Source: Eledone cirrhosa
Taxonomy: Eukaryota
Length of the DNA: 64,000 nucleotides
Assembly: GCA_964016885.1 (NCBI GenBank)
Contig: OZ024742.1
Coordinates: 333,870,001 to 333,934,000, forward strand
Reading direction: 5' to 3'
The position numbers were made by a program, and so were the translations under genes. The notes beneath the pieces are model-generated. The model was not told where the DNA came from. It did no database searches and saw nothing but the letters and a program-made list of their open reading frames with translations. Positions 15,841 to 29,802 of the stretch are shown here, one piece after another. Each line of letters opens with the position of its first letter. Within the stretch, counting starts at the first letter, position 1.

Positions 15841-17760
15841 TTGGATTTGGTTGGGATCTATATAGCCCATAGACTCCAGAGCGAATTTACGGAGCTCCAC
15901 GGCGGAATTTACCGCGACGATACACTTCTATTAGTCAAGAATATGAACAAACAAAACCTAGAAAGGCGACGTAAAAACATTAGGAAACTTTTCTTAGAAC
16001 TAGGGCTTAATATTACCTTTGAACACAATCTTAAGGTGGTCAACTTCTTGGATGTCACCTTCAACCTTAATAACGGTAATATAGAGCCATTTCACAAACT
16101 CAATGAAAATCTTAAGTACGTTAATGTAAAATCGAACCATCCTCATTCCATTATTAAATCTATCCCTAAAAATATATCCATAAGGATCTCCCGACTGTCG
16201 TCTAATTTGCAAACCCTCAACGAGCATGCTGAATATTATAATGACGCACTTAGAAAAGCTGGTTACTGCGAGAAAATTGAATATCTAGACGATAACCACA
16301 TAAGTACTAGGAATAAAAGACATCTAAGTCGAACTAGTATTGCACCACACACACACACATCAATAGGCATACTAACAGGTGCAAACCAGCAAATAGAGTC
16401 AGACGTAGAGAGTACATATGGTATAACCCCGTGTACAATTCTTCTATTAGCACTAAGATTATCTCACAATTCTATACACTAATCAATAAACACTTTACAA
16501 CTTCACATAAATACTATAAAATCTTTAACTCGCGCACCATTAGACTCTCATACTCCACTGCACCTAACATAGAACAACTAATTAGAAAACTCAACTCAGC
16601 AATACTGAATAAGTACATCCCTAATGACTCAGCGCACCAACATAGCAACATGCAACGCACTAACACGCAACCACAACCCCACCAAACTATCCAGGATTCT
16701 ACTGCAAAACATAAAAATAGTTGTAACTGCACCAAACCAGGTACGTGTCCACTGAATAACCAGTGCCTAGCACGCAATATTGTCTACCGGTGTACAATAA
16801 ATTCCGGGACCAACAAATGGTATTACGTCGGATGTACCGCAACTTCTTTCAAGGCTCGCCTATACCAACATCGATCTTCGATCAGGCACGAGAAAATGCG
16901 CTCCGTAACAACCCTCGCCGATAAAGCCTGGCAGCTTCGGAGGAACAATCGAGCGTACTCCCTTGATTGGCAAATTATTGCAGCTGCGCCTGCATATCAG
17001 CAAAATCATCGATTCTGCAAGTTAGGCAATTTAGAGATATACTGCATTTTAACGTCGGTAAACAAACTTTTGAACAGCAAAATTGAACGTTCTCTATACT
17101 GTAACCATCGTTTGAAAACGACTTTTTCTTTTTTTAAATGCATATAATTGTTTCTACTTTTGGCACAAGGCCAGCAATTACCCAGTGTAATGTTACCTTT
17201 TTACACCAACGTTTGCAAATTTCTGTCTTATATGTTTATACACTAGATATGGCTTTCTATAATAATAGTACTAAACACTGTTTTTCTGGACCCCTTTAGA
17301 AATAACCTGCTACTATAATACCCCTAATAACTTGTCTGAGACATTGTACCACTTTGACCCCTCTAACTAAATTTTGTCCGAACAACACCACTAGAAGTAT
17401 CTACTTCCCAGCCAACCTTAGCACGCCTCATTAAGCTAACTGCTGCCAAAACATTCTCTCTTCACAATCTCTACTAGTCTGACAGTCTTAAACCCTAAGA
17501 CTCCCTCCACCTTACTCACTTCCCTCTTCCCCTTCTCTTCCTACCTACTTCTTTATCTTTTATCTAGTGTATGAAATATATTCATATCATTCTAATACAA
17601 AGGTCTGATGACATGGTGTGTTGGCTTACAGTGTACTTTCGGTTTTTGATAATATTTGTGTATTATTCAAATAGCGAGGTATAGGTAACTCATACACTAT
17701 AGAAACAATTGTTACCTAATAAATTCTATATACCCGCATTTCCATTTCGTAAATTTTTTC
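15841..17760 (+). mobile_element. 5'-truncated Naiad-type PLE (RT C-terminus, CxCx5Cx5C, GIY-YIG, 3' UTR with HHR) between (TA)n tracts
   Basis: [19 protein letters not shown] in 15841-16482; CNCTKPGTCPLNNQC and IVY..YVG..FKARLYQH in 16431-17147; one frameshift. Confidence 0.9.
17601..17717 (+). ncRNA. Type I hammerhead with about 90-nt stem II domain in the Naiad 3' UTR
   Basis: AGGT-CTGATGA-c-ATGGTGTG...TACACTAT-a-GAA-ACAATTGT-T-ACCT then AATAAA at 17718; palindromic stem III, GUU triplet. Confidence 0.75.
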
Positions 17761-17774
17761 TCTATATATATATG

Positions 17775-17819
<45 letters not shown>

Positions 17820-17842
17820 CTATATATATACATATATCTATA

Positions 17843-17918
<76 letters not shown>

Positions 17919-17972
17919 GTATGCATGTATACGTACATACATATATGTATACAGACGTACAGTAGCATGCAC

Positions 17973-18009
<37 letters not shown>

Positions 18010-18163
18010 TACATATGCATACAGGTACACATACATATATGCACGTATCAGTTTAGCGGCGCTAACGTCGCTTTGTTCGTTTGTAAACAAACTGAACAGC
18101 CTGAATTTATGCCATACGGTGTTAAGGCAACCACGTCACCTTTTTGTTCAACACTGACACAGG

Positions 18164-18208
18164 AACGATGTACTAGTTTCAAGCTTGTTAGCTATCATCA
18201 GCACCGTT
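18164..18208 (-). ncRNA. Type I minimal hammerhead (476-bp unit)
   Basis: Reverse complement of the motif at 18897-18941. Confidence 0.8.
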
Positions 18209-18445
18209 TACCCATCTGCCAGATAGTTGAACGTTCGAAAGTATATACTTTCCTTATGAAAATTAACGGCTGAGCAGCCTAATTTGCATATTGAGTGAGT
18301 TAAATCGGTTAGGCATACCGAAAACGATAAATTGAAACAAAATGAAAACGAAATTTCATTTCTCACTCTTAGTATGGCACTTACTTAAATGTAAGTATGC
18401 ATGTATACGTACATACATATATGTATACAGACGTACAGTAGCATG

Positions 18446-18487
<42 letters not shown>

Positions 18488-18641
18488 TACATATGCATAC
18501 AGGTACACATACATATATGCACGTATCAGTTTAGCGGCGCTAACGTCGCTTTGTTCGTTTGTAAACAAACTGAACAGCCTGAATTTATGCCATACGGTGT
18601 TAAGGCAACCACGTCACCTTTTTGTTCAACACTGACACAGG

Positions 18642-18686
18642 AACGATGTACTAGTTTCAAGCTTGTTAGCTATCATCAGCACCGTT
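18642..18686 (-). ncRNA. Type I minimal hammerhead (476-bp unit)
   Basis: Reverse complement of the motif at 18897-18941. Confidence 0.8.
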
Positions 18687-18896
18687 TACCCATCTGCCAG
18701 ATAGTTGAACGTTCGAAAGTATATACTTTCCTTATGAAAATTAACGGCTGAGCAGCCGTTAATTTTCATAAGGAAAGTATATACTTTCGAACGTTCGAAA
18801 GTATATACTTTCCTTATGCAAATTAGGCTGCTCAGCCGTTAATTTTCATAAGGAAAGTATATACTTTCGAACGTTCAACTATCTGGCAGATGGGTA

Positions 18897-18941
18897 AACG
18901 GTGCTGATGATAGCTAACAAGCTTGAAACTAGTACATCGTT
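18897..18941 (+). ncRNA. Type I minimal hammerhead (476-bp unit)
   Basis: AACGGTG-CTGATGA-t-AGC taacaa GCT-t-GAA-ACTAGT-A-CATCGTT: 7-bp stem I, canonical core, palindromic stem III, GUA triplet (cleavage after 18934). Confidence 0.85.
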
Positions 18942-19095
18942 CCTGTGTCAGTGTTGAACAAAAAGGTGACGTGGTTGCCTTAACACCGTATGGCATAAAT
19001 TCAGGCTGTTCAGTTTGTTTACAAACGAACAAAGCGACGTTAGCGCCGCTAAACTGATACGTGCATATATGTATGTGTACCTGTATGCATATGTA

Positions 19096-19132
<37 letters not shown>

Positions 19133-19372
19133 GTGCATGCTACTGTACGTCTGTATACATATATGTATGTACGTATACATGCATACTTACATTTAAGTAA
19201 GTGCCATACTAAGAGTGAGAAATGAAATTTCGTTTTCATTTTGTTTCAATTTATCGTTTTCGGTATGCCTAACCGATTTAACTCACTCAATATGCAAATT
19301 AGGCTGCTCAGCCGTTAATTTTCATAAGGAAAGTATATACTTTCGAACGTTCAACTATCTGGCAGATGGGTA

Positions 19373-19417
19373 AACGGTGCTGATGATAGCTAACAAGCTT
19401 GAAACTAGTACATCGTT
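19373..19417 (+). ncRNA. Type I minimal hammerhead (476-bp unit)
   Basis: Identical to 18897-18941. Confidence 0.85.
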
Positions 19418-19571
19418 CCTGTGTCAGTGTTGAACAAAAAGGTGACGTGGTTGCCTTAACACCGTATGGCATAAATTCAGGCTGTTCAGTTTGTTTACAA
19501 ACGAACAAAGCGACGTTAGCGCCGCTAAACTGATACGTGCATATATGTATGTGTACCTGTATGCATATGTA

Positions 19572-19608
<37 letters not shown>

Positions 19609-19848
19609 GTGCATGCTACTGTACGTCTGTATACATATATGTATGTACGTATACATGCATACTTACATTTAAGTAAGTGCCATACTAAGAGTGAGAAATG
19701 AAATTTCGTTTTCATTTTGTTTCAATTTATCGTTTTCGGTATGCCTAACCGATTTAACTCACTCAATATGCAAATTAGGCTGCTCAGCCGTTAATTTTCA
19801 TAAGGAAAGTATATACTTTCGAACGTTCAACTATCTGGCAGATGGGTA

Positions 19849-19893
19849 AACGGTGCTGATGATAGCTAACAAGCTTGAAACTAGTACATCGTT
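19849..19893 (+). ncRNA. Type I minimal hammerhead (476-bp unit)
   Basis: Identical to 18897-18941. Confidence 0.85.
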
Positions 19894-20047
19894 CCTGTGT
19901 CAGTGTTGAACAAAAAGGTGACGTGGTTGCCTTAACACCGTATGGCATAAATTCAGGCTGTCCAGTTTGTTTACAAACGAACAAAGCGACGTTAGCGCCG
20001 CTAAACTGATACGTGCATATATGTATGTGTACCTGTATGCATATGTA

Positions 20048-20084
<37 letters not shown>

Positions 20085-20324
20085 GTGCATGCTACTGTAC
20101 GTCTGTATACATATATGTATGTACGTATACATGCATACTTACATTTAAGTAAGTGCCATACTAAGAGTGAGAAATGAAATTTCGTTTTCATTTTGTTTCA
20201 ATTTATCGTTTTCGGTATGCCTAACCGATTTAACTCACTCAATATGCAAATTAGGCTGCTCAGCCGTTAATTTTCATAAGGAAAGTATATACTTTCGAAC
20301 GTTCAACTATCTGGCAGATGGGTA

Positions 20325-20369
20325 AACGGTGCTGATGATAGCTAACAAGCTTGAAACTAGTACATCGTT
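20325..20369 (+). ncRNA. Type I minimal hammerhead (476-bp unit)
   Basis: Identical to 18897-18941. Confidence 0.85.
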
Positions 20370-20523
20370 CCTGTGTCAGTGTTGAACAAAAAGGTGACGT
20401 GGTTGCCTTAACACCGTATGGCATAAATTCAGGCTGTTCAGTTTGTTTACAAACGAACAAAGCGACGTTAGCGCCGCTAAACTGATACGTGCATATATGT
20501 ATGTGTACCTGTATGCATATGTA

Positions 20524-20560
<37 letters not shown>

Positions 20561-20688
20561 GTGCATGCTACTGTACGTCTGTATACATATATGTATGTAC
20601 GTATACATGCATACTTACATTTAAGTAAGTGCCATACTAAGAGTGAGAAATGAAATTTCGTTTTCATTTTGTTTCAATTTATATATAC

Positions 20689-20927
<239 letters not shown>

Positions 20928-20932
20928 TATAT

Positions 20933-21022
<90 letters not shown>

Positions 21023-21025
<3 letters not shown>

Positions 21026-22890
21026 AATAACTTTGAAATGTTTTGGCCAGTATTGGCCCAGGCCATATCTAACTTAATAGCTCCACCTGGCAAAGTCTTT
21101 CAATTCTGGATTTGGGCACCATGGCCCATTCGAGAAGAGAATTACTGTTTGCGGAGACATATCCGGGTGTGGGTGGTTTGTCCGGGATTATTTGGAGGAA
21201 TTTGTCCAAAGACTTCTTGAATTTTGTGTGGTCAGTTTCTGTTTTGACGTGTCCTGGTGTGATGTTGAAGAGAGCAGGGCCAATTGAGGTGAAATAATTG
21301 TGCCGTATTGTTGTTATGAGTTGCGATTTAGATTTTTGTTTGGGACGGATAGCACGGGGCCCAAGCCTTGGGTGTATTTTGAAGGTGATGCCAACATCAT
21401 TTGGGCAGTGCTGATGAAACATTTTCCACATCATGCAGATAATATAACGCTCACGGCGACGTTGGAGTGAGTAAAGTTTCAGCTTTTCTAGTCGACCCCA
21501 GTAGTCAAGATTCTGACATGCCATGTATCTTTTTCGTGATTGCCCTTTGGGGAGCTTCAAGTTTCATGATACTTTGTTTCGTGTGGGGAGACCACAGTGG
21601 ACAACAGTATTCAAGGTGTGGGAATCTCTCGACTGGAAGGTTCTGAGGATCCAGGAACACATTCTGCGGTCCATGTCAACTTTGCTGCTTATATGCGTGG
21701 CCCAGCTTATGTTCCTGTCCACGGTTACTCCCAAGTCTCTGATGTTGTTAGATGCCACGAGAGTTTCACAGAAAGGAAAGGAGTACGGGAGTTTCAGAGC
21801 ATCCTCTTTTCCAAAGTGGATCAGTTCGAATTTGTCCTCGTTCAGTAACATGTTGTTCTTTTCCACCTATTGGGTAACAGCCATTAGGTCTGAATGAAGG
21901 CTTATCCGGTCATCCACGCCATTGATGACATTTTGTAACTTGGAATCATCAGCGAAAATTCTATTGTTGCTGTGTTTGATGATGTCAGTGATGTCATTAA
22001 TATAGATGATGAAGAGAAGTGGGCCCAACACAGTGCCTTGTGGGACACCACTACTGACTTTGGCTGGGCTGGATTTGACTCCTTCGACTACAACATGTTG
22101 GGTTCTGTTTGACAGGAAGCTCTTGATCCACTGCAGCAGCTTTCCAGTGACACCAATATTGGACAGATTTCTCAGTAGAATGTTGTGATCAACCCTCTCA
22201 AAGGCCTTGCTGAAATCAAGGTAGATAATATCAGTGTTGGAACCCTCTCCCAAGGCTCTCAAAATGTCATCAAACTGATACAGTAGCTGCGTCAGGCAAT
22301 CCCTTCCATTACGGAATCCATGCTTGTTGGAGTTCAGCATATTGTTACTCTCAAGGAAGTGGGTCATTCGCGATCTCACCACTCTCTCAAATACATTAAT
22401 GATATGAGCGGTGAGTGAGATTGGACGGTAATTCACGGCAAGTGATTTGTTTCCTTTTTTGAAAACTGGGACAACAGACTGGGATAGAAGGTTTTCTGGC
22501 ACATATCCAGCATCCAGTGAGTACCGCCACAGATTGGCAAGAGGAGATGCAAGTTGGTGTTGACACGCCTTCAAGACATAAGCAGGGAACCTATCGGGAC
22601 CTACTGCTGAATTATGCCTGATTTCCTTTATTGCCGCTAAGACATCAGGGGCGCCAAACGTTATTTCCGATAAGGTGTAATGGGCAGTAACATCGCCGAT
22701 ACAGCCCAGATCGGCCATATCAGGTTTGCTGAAAACAGAGCAGTATTGTTCTGCAGTATCTCACCCATGGTTTTAGCATTGTCTTGAAGAGTGCCATTTT
22801 CATCAATTAGAGGGCCAACAGTAGAGCCAGTGATTTTGTGTTTTTTTGCAAATGAAAGAACACTTTGGGATTGAGTTTGATCTTCTCAAT
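21023..22890 (-). mobile_element. Decayed 5'-truncated CR1/L2-group LINE (RT and C-terminal region)
   Basis: NYRPISLT, YLDFSKAF, SGVPQGTVLGPLLF, FADDSKL, RDLGV, LYSLQRRRERY; split by a stop and frameshifts. Confidence 0.88.
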
Positions 22891-22908
22891 GTATACATAT
22901 ATATATAC

Positions 22909-22939
<31 letters not shown>

Positions 22940-22945
22940 CATATA

Positions 22946-23130
22946 TAAAGTTTAAGCAAAGAATCGCTGCTTTCACCCTTAACGAAGATCCCGTTAAGGG
23001 TGAAAGCTGCGATTCTTTGCTTAAACTTTAATCTGTTATTTTAATAAATATTTGCTCTATGGTTCTTATACATTTGATATTTATTTATCCTTATCGAGCC
23101 CTCTTTCGATTTTAGTCTTCAAATTTATTA
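22946..23130. repeat. Fold-back copy of the 15206 family end
   Basis: 22946-22984 is inverted at about 22992-23030. Confidence 0.8.
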
Positions 23131-23132
23131 TT

Positions 23133-23193
<61 letters not shown>

Positions 23194-23369
23194 ATGTATA
23201 GATGTGGGTTTGTGTATGTGTGGGGGGTGTATGAAAAGGAGTAATATTAACTCATTAAAACATACAACCCTTGTCTGAAATTTCATGGCATTATATACTG
23301 TCGTGTCTTCAACTCTTTCGATCTATTCGATGAAGTGGCAGTATCGGTACAGGGCCGGACGCCATGCTT

Positions 23370-23516
23370 TGACGCATAGAGTTATGGCCCTTGCCATTCT
23401 GAGTTCAAATCCCACTGAGGTTACCATTGCCTTTCATCCTTACGTGGTCGATAAAATAAAGTACGAGTAATGTACTGGTTAATTGCTTGTCTTGTGCTAA
23501 AAGGTATAAACAATTA
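23370..23516 (+). mobile_element. tRNA-derived SINE fragment (octopus-type)
   Basis: B box GAGTTCAAATCC, then TTGCCTTTCATCCT..GGTCGATAAAATAAAGTAC; second copy at 33931-34102. Confidence 0.75.
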
Positions 23517-24667
23517 TTATATGCAGACATATATATGTGTGTATGTATGTTTGCTTTTTTATTTTTGTTCTTTTGTATTTTGTCTGTGCGGTGGGTGTGG
23601 TCCAATCTGTATTTATGTCCCATGTCATTAACAATTCTAAAACCAGTAATGAAATAATTAAGGATAGTCTAAATCCTTTTAAACGGTGCTAATCTCACTA
23701 AAAAAGCTTGGGTCATCCCAAATTTTCTATGGCAAAAACTTTGATTCAAGATGTCATGTACTCATAATTTGTGAAGCGATCTTCCTACATACTTCAGACA
23801 TACTTACGTTGATAAATATATATGTATATATATATGTATATATATATACATATATATATGTATAGGTGTGTGTATGTGTGTGTGTGTGTAGGTATGTATA
23901 TAGATATATAGATATATATGGTATATTCGTATCTGTATCCGTTATTTCAATCGATAAATCTCAGTAACGTGGATGGCGGACTGTGGAAGCATACATTTGG
24001 TTTTGACTCACCATATGAAATACCGTTCTAAGCTGCTCCTAGGTTGATCTTCCTTAGGTACCACTATCGATATATATATATAAATATATATATTTACGTG
24101 TGTGTTTGTGTTGTAATATAATATATGTATATAAAAATATTTCATGAAACAATTTTTGCAATGCGTGTAATGTGCCAAGGGAGACACGGCTTTTGTAGTG
24201 AATTTGAAAGTTTTGGAAGTGTGCTGATATTGAATAACGAAAGGGAGTTATGAGTCCTATTTCTTTTATATGGTTAATGATTCTTATATATTCTTGTGCT
24301 ATTGAGAATATATATCCTGCAGTAGTATCTAATGACGCGTTGCGTATGATTGCTGATGTGTACAACATAATCTTCCACGTTAAACGATAAACTTGTCACA
24401 ATCAGAGTATCCACCTCTGGGTAGATAGATTCTTCGGCCACAAAGGAATTACATCATAATCACGCTCTAAAACGCAAACGTGCCTGAATCACAGAAACAC
24501 ATATTTCAAGTAAAACCTAATCCTTATTGATACCATATAACCGTATAATCTTCTCAGCATTGTAGAGAAAACATAATAATCTCTGACAAAAAAAAGCGTG
24601 TATTTATAAACACATACACACACACGCCGCGCGCGCACACACATACATATACACACACACATACACG

Positions 24668-24700
<33 letters not shown>

Positions 24701-24770
24701 GGAGGGGTTGCGCATATGTGTCTGTTTGCATACATATGTTCCCGTATTAATATATATGTACATATATCTG

Positions 24771-24914
<144 letters not shown>

Positions 24915-24931
24915 AAATATATATATAATTT

Positions 24932-24977
<46 letters not shown>

Positions 24978-25027
24978 GCAGATATATGTACATATATATT
25001 AATACGGGCACATATGTATGCAAACAA

Positions 25028-25058
<31 letters not shown>

Positions 25059-25449
25059 AATATATATGTGTGTGTGTGTGTGGGTGTGTGGGTGTCTCCG
25101 TGTATGTATCTGTGACCGTATATGTGTGTGTGTGTATGTGTGTATGTGTGTGAGTGGGTGTCTGAATGATTTTTCTTCTCTAAAATCCTAAAATCCGATG
25201 TAGAATAACAGAATAGTAGAACATTAGATTTGTCCATGGAACGAATGAACTTGTTGATAGTTTCATCAACAATCAAGAGACTTCAAACAATAATCAATGC
25301 AGCAGTGTATGTGTGAGCCATGCGTGTGCTCGAATAGGATAATGGAATAATGCTTTCATCATGATTGCTATGTTGCAGGAATCCGCTTTCAGACTTGAGA
25401 ACTTCCTTTGATCTCCCAATCTGATTTACTCTTACACCTACTCAGGCTT

Positions 25450-25535
<86 letters not shown>

Positions 25536-25586
25536 ACACACACTTATATATATACACACTCACACACTTATATACACACACACACA

Positions 25587-25621
<35 letters not shown>

Positions 25622-25650
25622 TGTATCTATATATATATATATATATATAT

Positions 25651-26135
25651 ATAAGTTAAAACAATGAAATAAAAAATCAAGTCATTAGAGATATACTTCA
25701 TTGCTTTACGATCGTTTCTAGATGGTGATAATACAGTGTATCTATACTCAGTTATTTATCTATGTAACTTTACAAACTATCAGATAGAGAGAATATTTAC
25801 TTACATGTATATTACCAGCTGTTTTCAAAAGCTAGTAATATACATGTAAGTAAATATTCTCTCTAGCTGATAGTTTGTAAAGTTACATAGATCAATAACT
25901 GAGTATAGATACAATGTATTATCACCATCTAGAAACGATCGTAAAGCAGTGAAGTATATCTCTAATGACTTGATTTTTTATTTCATTGTTTTAACTTATG
26001 TCATGACTCTGTTTTCCTTTTAATGTTTTATTGTTTTCTGAGATTTATCTTAACCTACAACATTTTCAACATATGGATTACATTGAGTTCTTCATACAGA
26101 ATGGACCCCACATCTTACAGTGGATACCTCTGTGT
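25651..26135 (+). mobile_element. Non-autonomous PLE-type element as a fold-back (170-bp arms) carrying the 3' half of a hammerhead
   Basis: 25651-25820 inverted at 25830-25999; GAAACGATCGTA near 25932. Confidence 0.75.
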
Positions 26136-26964
26136 ATATATATGTATATACTATATATATATATGTGCCTGTAGGTTTGTGTGTACATGTGTGTGATAAC
26201 ACCCGCGCTTGTATTTACGAACGTACATATTCATATATATAAGTAAACATGCGCTCACATGAGTGCCTGTAAATATACCCATACACACGTATGTACACAT
26301 ATACACCTAAGCAACTGGTTACCAACTGTTACTCCTTGCATTGGTCGGCTCTCATTCCCGCGTATTCATGCCTTTACGAGCCCAACAGCAATGCTATCTT
26401 TGTCACGGTCTGACAGACGTACGGTTACAACTTTTCTCAGGCTAATAAACAAGCACACACACACACACCAATTCACACGTATACGCTCATATCCACTCAC
26501 AATACACAAGGATTATCTCCCTCCCTATGAAGGTTTGACCTAAAGTATGTGTCATACAAATAAAGACAAAAAATATAAAATATCTTCAATCAAACATTAT
26601 CAGTCATGTGACTATAATGTTTTTCATGCTTCTTTGCATATACAAACACTCGTATAAAACTTATATAAATATGTAAGTATGTTTTGAAAGAGTGAGCAAG
26701 TTTGAAATTAGAAAATAGAAGCTTTCACTGTATTTTTTTGACTAAAGAAATTTTAGTCTGAAAGTTGGGTTTAGAATCCTCAGAGAAATGGAAAAAGATG
26801 AGTATTGTCGTGTACTATCTAATTTATATATATATATACATATACATAAACACACACACACACACGCACACACACTCATATATATATATATATATATATA
26901 AGAAAAAGTAAGACCCCGACGGTAGAGCTCAAGCAGTTTCGACGAGGATCTGGAATCATATGAC

Positions 26965-27000
26965 TTTTGAAAAGCATTTAGAAATGCGCAACCGGTAAAA
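26965..27000 (+). ncRNA. Hammerhead variant (UUGAAAA core, GCAA in place of GAAA)
   Basis: TT-TTGAAAA-GCATT...AATGC-GCA-ACCGGT-A-AA; related copies at 38083 and 39915. Confidence 0.55.
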
Positions 27001-27118
27001 ACTTAAAAACTTAAAACCGCAACTGAATACTAACCCATACAATCACTAATACTCTTTTATTCCTAATTAAATCATTTTTCAACTGTGAACAATTTGTCAG
27101 TATTTTCTATTCCGTTTA

Positions 27119-27204
<86 letters not shown>

Positions 27205-27205
<1 letters not shown>

Positions 27206-27387
27206 TAGACCAGCCGTGACCCGTTGGATCACATTCGCTTCAAAATACTTTTTTAAATCACGTTCACTTAAACATAATTTTTAGATAATTAAAATGTACA
27301 CAGACATATATATAATGTGAAATGGAACTGGAAAGCCTATATATATACGTGTGTGTATGTATATATATATAAATGTGGGTGTGTGTG

Positions 27388-27419
<32 letters not shown>

Positions 27420-27550
27420 CACAACACCATCACCTCTCTCTCGCTCTCTTCCATTCCCCTTCTCTGCCTCCTCTTTCTTTCTGTTTTATTCTCCTCGTCT
27501 GTCTCCTCTCCCTCTCACTATGTCTCTCTTCCAATCTACTCTCTCACAAC

Positions 27551-27623
<73 letters not shown>

Positions 27624-27843
27624 TCTCTCTCTCTATCTCTCTCTCTCTCTGTTTATGAAGTTACCTGGAAAAACGCCATATCTCAGGAACACGTGGTCCG
27701 ATTTACCCAAAGCCTATTTTATTCCATTTGTATTTCCATTTAAGGGTCAAATTCCTTTCAATGTATTTTCCCATTATGCACCGTTCTTGCTGCATTACAT
27801 TACAGACAACGAAGCAAGCAATCACAGAGTTTTATATATATGA
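27205..27843 (-). mobile_element. Non-autonomous Helitron-like element
   Basis: Minus strand starts A|TCATATATATAAAACTCTGTG and ends with hairpin GTGATCCAACGGGTCAC then GGCTGGTCTAG|T. Confidence 0.65.
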
Positions 27844-29637
27844 TAGTATATATATATGATTCAGTGAAGGGCAGATCGATAATGGAGCGGGGTCTAAAAC
27901 TACTATGTGTGACCTTGAGCCAATACTCTGCGAAATACATGCACACGAATCATCGTTTTTCTTAATATATATATATATATATATAGTCATCAACTTAATA
28001 TAATAAAGGATGGTCTGCGGGATTGCGTACGGTTTATTTTGTTTATCCCGTTTGCAAAATAATTTGGATTACTTTGAATAAATAATGAATGAATAATACA
28101 TAATTTATCTACTCAATTTCGTAAACAAAAATTAATTTCGTAAAAATAAATAATTTAAAATTGACTTCTTTTCAAAGTTGCATTTCCGGTATATCGTCGC
28201 CACTTCAACTACCATATATATAGAGAGTGTGTGATGTCAACACTTCCGGTGGCGATCGCTTAAATAAACATACTATTTTTCTCCTAACGCAGTTTATATA
28301 TAATATCGTTTTTTTTAATGTATCATGGATTATATTACTGATTACATAAGAGAGTGCAACACAGTCTTCGTTCAATTTCTGTGTATATTGTCAATTACAA
28401 TTTTATTTGATGTATCATATCTACATGTATATATACCTGCGTATAATATCAATATACACACTACACATGCTAGTAGAAAACCACCCTTCGTGTGGTTTTT
28501 CTGATAGTTAACTTAATGTATGAATACAATTATACTGTACTCGATGTGTTGAATAATTTGCCTAAACTTGTGGATATCTAAAATTTAACTGGACCCTACA
28601 ACAATATATATATACATATATGTATATTTGTGCTGAAGTCGCCATGAAGCAAATTATAGTAATTCAGTAACAGTTAATCACTGTAAATAATAATTAATTA
28701 AAAAAAGAACTGGAATCGGAAAGAAGCGCAACAATGGATTAGGCTTCTCATTGAATTAACGTAGGATGGAACGAACATTCGACAGGAATATGTTCCTGTA
28801 ACTTAATTTTCATAGAGATTCAACGTGACAGAGTCTGTGATTGGGCTGTTCCGTTGAAATACAGATAAAACTAATTTGTTCTTTGTAAGTGGATTGGAGC
28901 GGAGTAAAAGTGACCACAAGCTACCAGGATTTGAACTTACAAATAAATGATCGTAAGCCGAACAACAAAAATGAAAGTTGATGCTGAATGCCCATTGATA
29001 TTTCACTATTAATTCAACATTGATTACAAATGCTATCGGTATCCAGTTTTAAAAAAAAAGGTACACCGTCCTAAAAGGTGACTAAAGTGCATGTCGCAAA
29101 GATCATACAGCCGTAAAACATAGCTTCAAAATGGAATCCATATAGGTAATGAAGCTTTTCGTGCTGCACGCAGTAACCACTCCTGCTTTTGCAACGAAGA
29201 TACCCATGAAACGCTTGCTGTTGTATATTACTTGAACCATACTTTAGTTCTGGTTATATTATGATTGAATGAAATATGGAATGATGGACTTAAATAACTC
29301 AGTGTATTATGATGTACGGGACTGTTAAGTGTTCAGTGATCTGCCAAATGATATCTGGTTAATACTACCAATGAAATGATACAAAGTGGAAACGTTTAAT
29401 TTGTTAACCAGGCATCCTAATAACAGCGCAAGTTATTACTGGGTTGGTTGTGAGGTTATGAAAGTCATTTTACAAACACAAGTTCTTGCGTTCTGTCCCA
29501 CTGCACGGCATCTTCAGAAGGAGTCTTGGGTTGGTAGAAGAAAATTGGGTATCTCCACATTTCTCTCACACTCTCACATTCTGCACACACACACTTACGT
29601 ATATAATAAATATAAATAATACACACATACACATATA

Positions 29638-29690
<53 letters not shown>

Positions 29691-29703
29691 GTATATATAT
29701 ATG

Positions 29704-29782
<79 letters not shown>

Positions 29783-29802
29783 GAAAAAACTGTATATATA
29801 TA

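Larger units (their letters stand above)
17918..20682. repeat. Tandem array of a 476-478 bp hammerhead-containing unit: about 1.7 units, an inversion at about 18751, then about 4 units
   Basis: Near-identical blocks at 476-bp period (ORF-track copies at 18832, 19308, 19784, 20260); flanked by (TA)n. Confidence 0.95.

Noticed and set aside
18832-20667. Four near-identical 135-aa ORFs as a tandem gene family
   Set aside because: They cross a variable TA tract that shifts the frame in other copies (18342, 31621) and lie antisense to the HHR; no domain recognised
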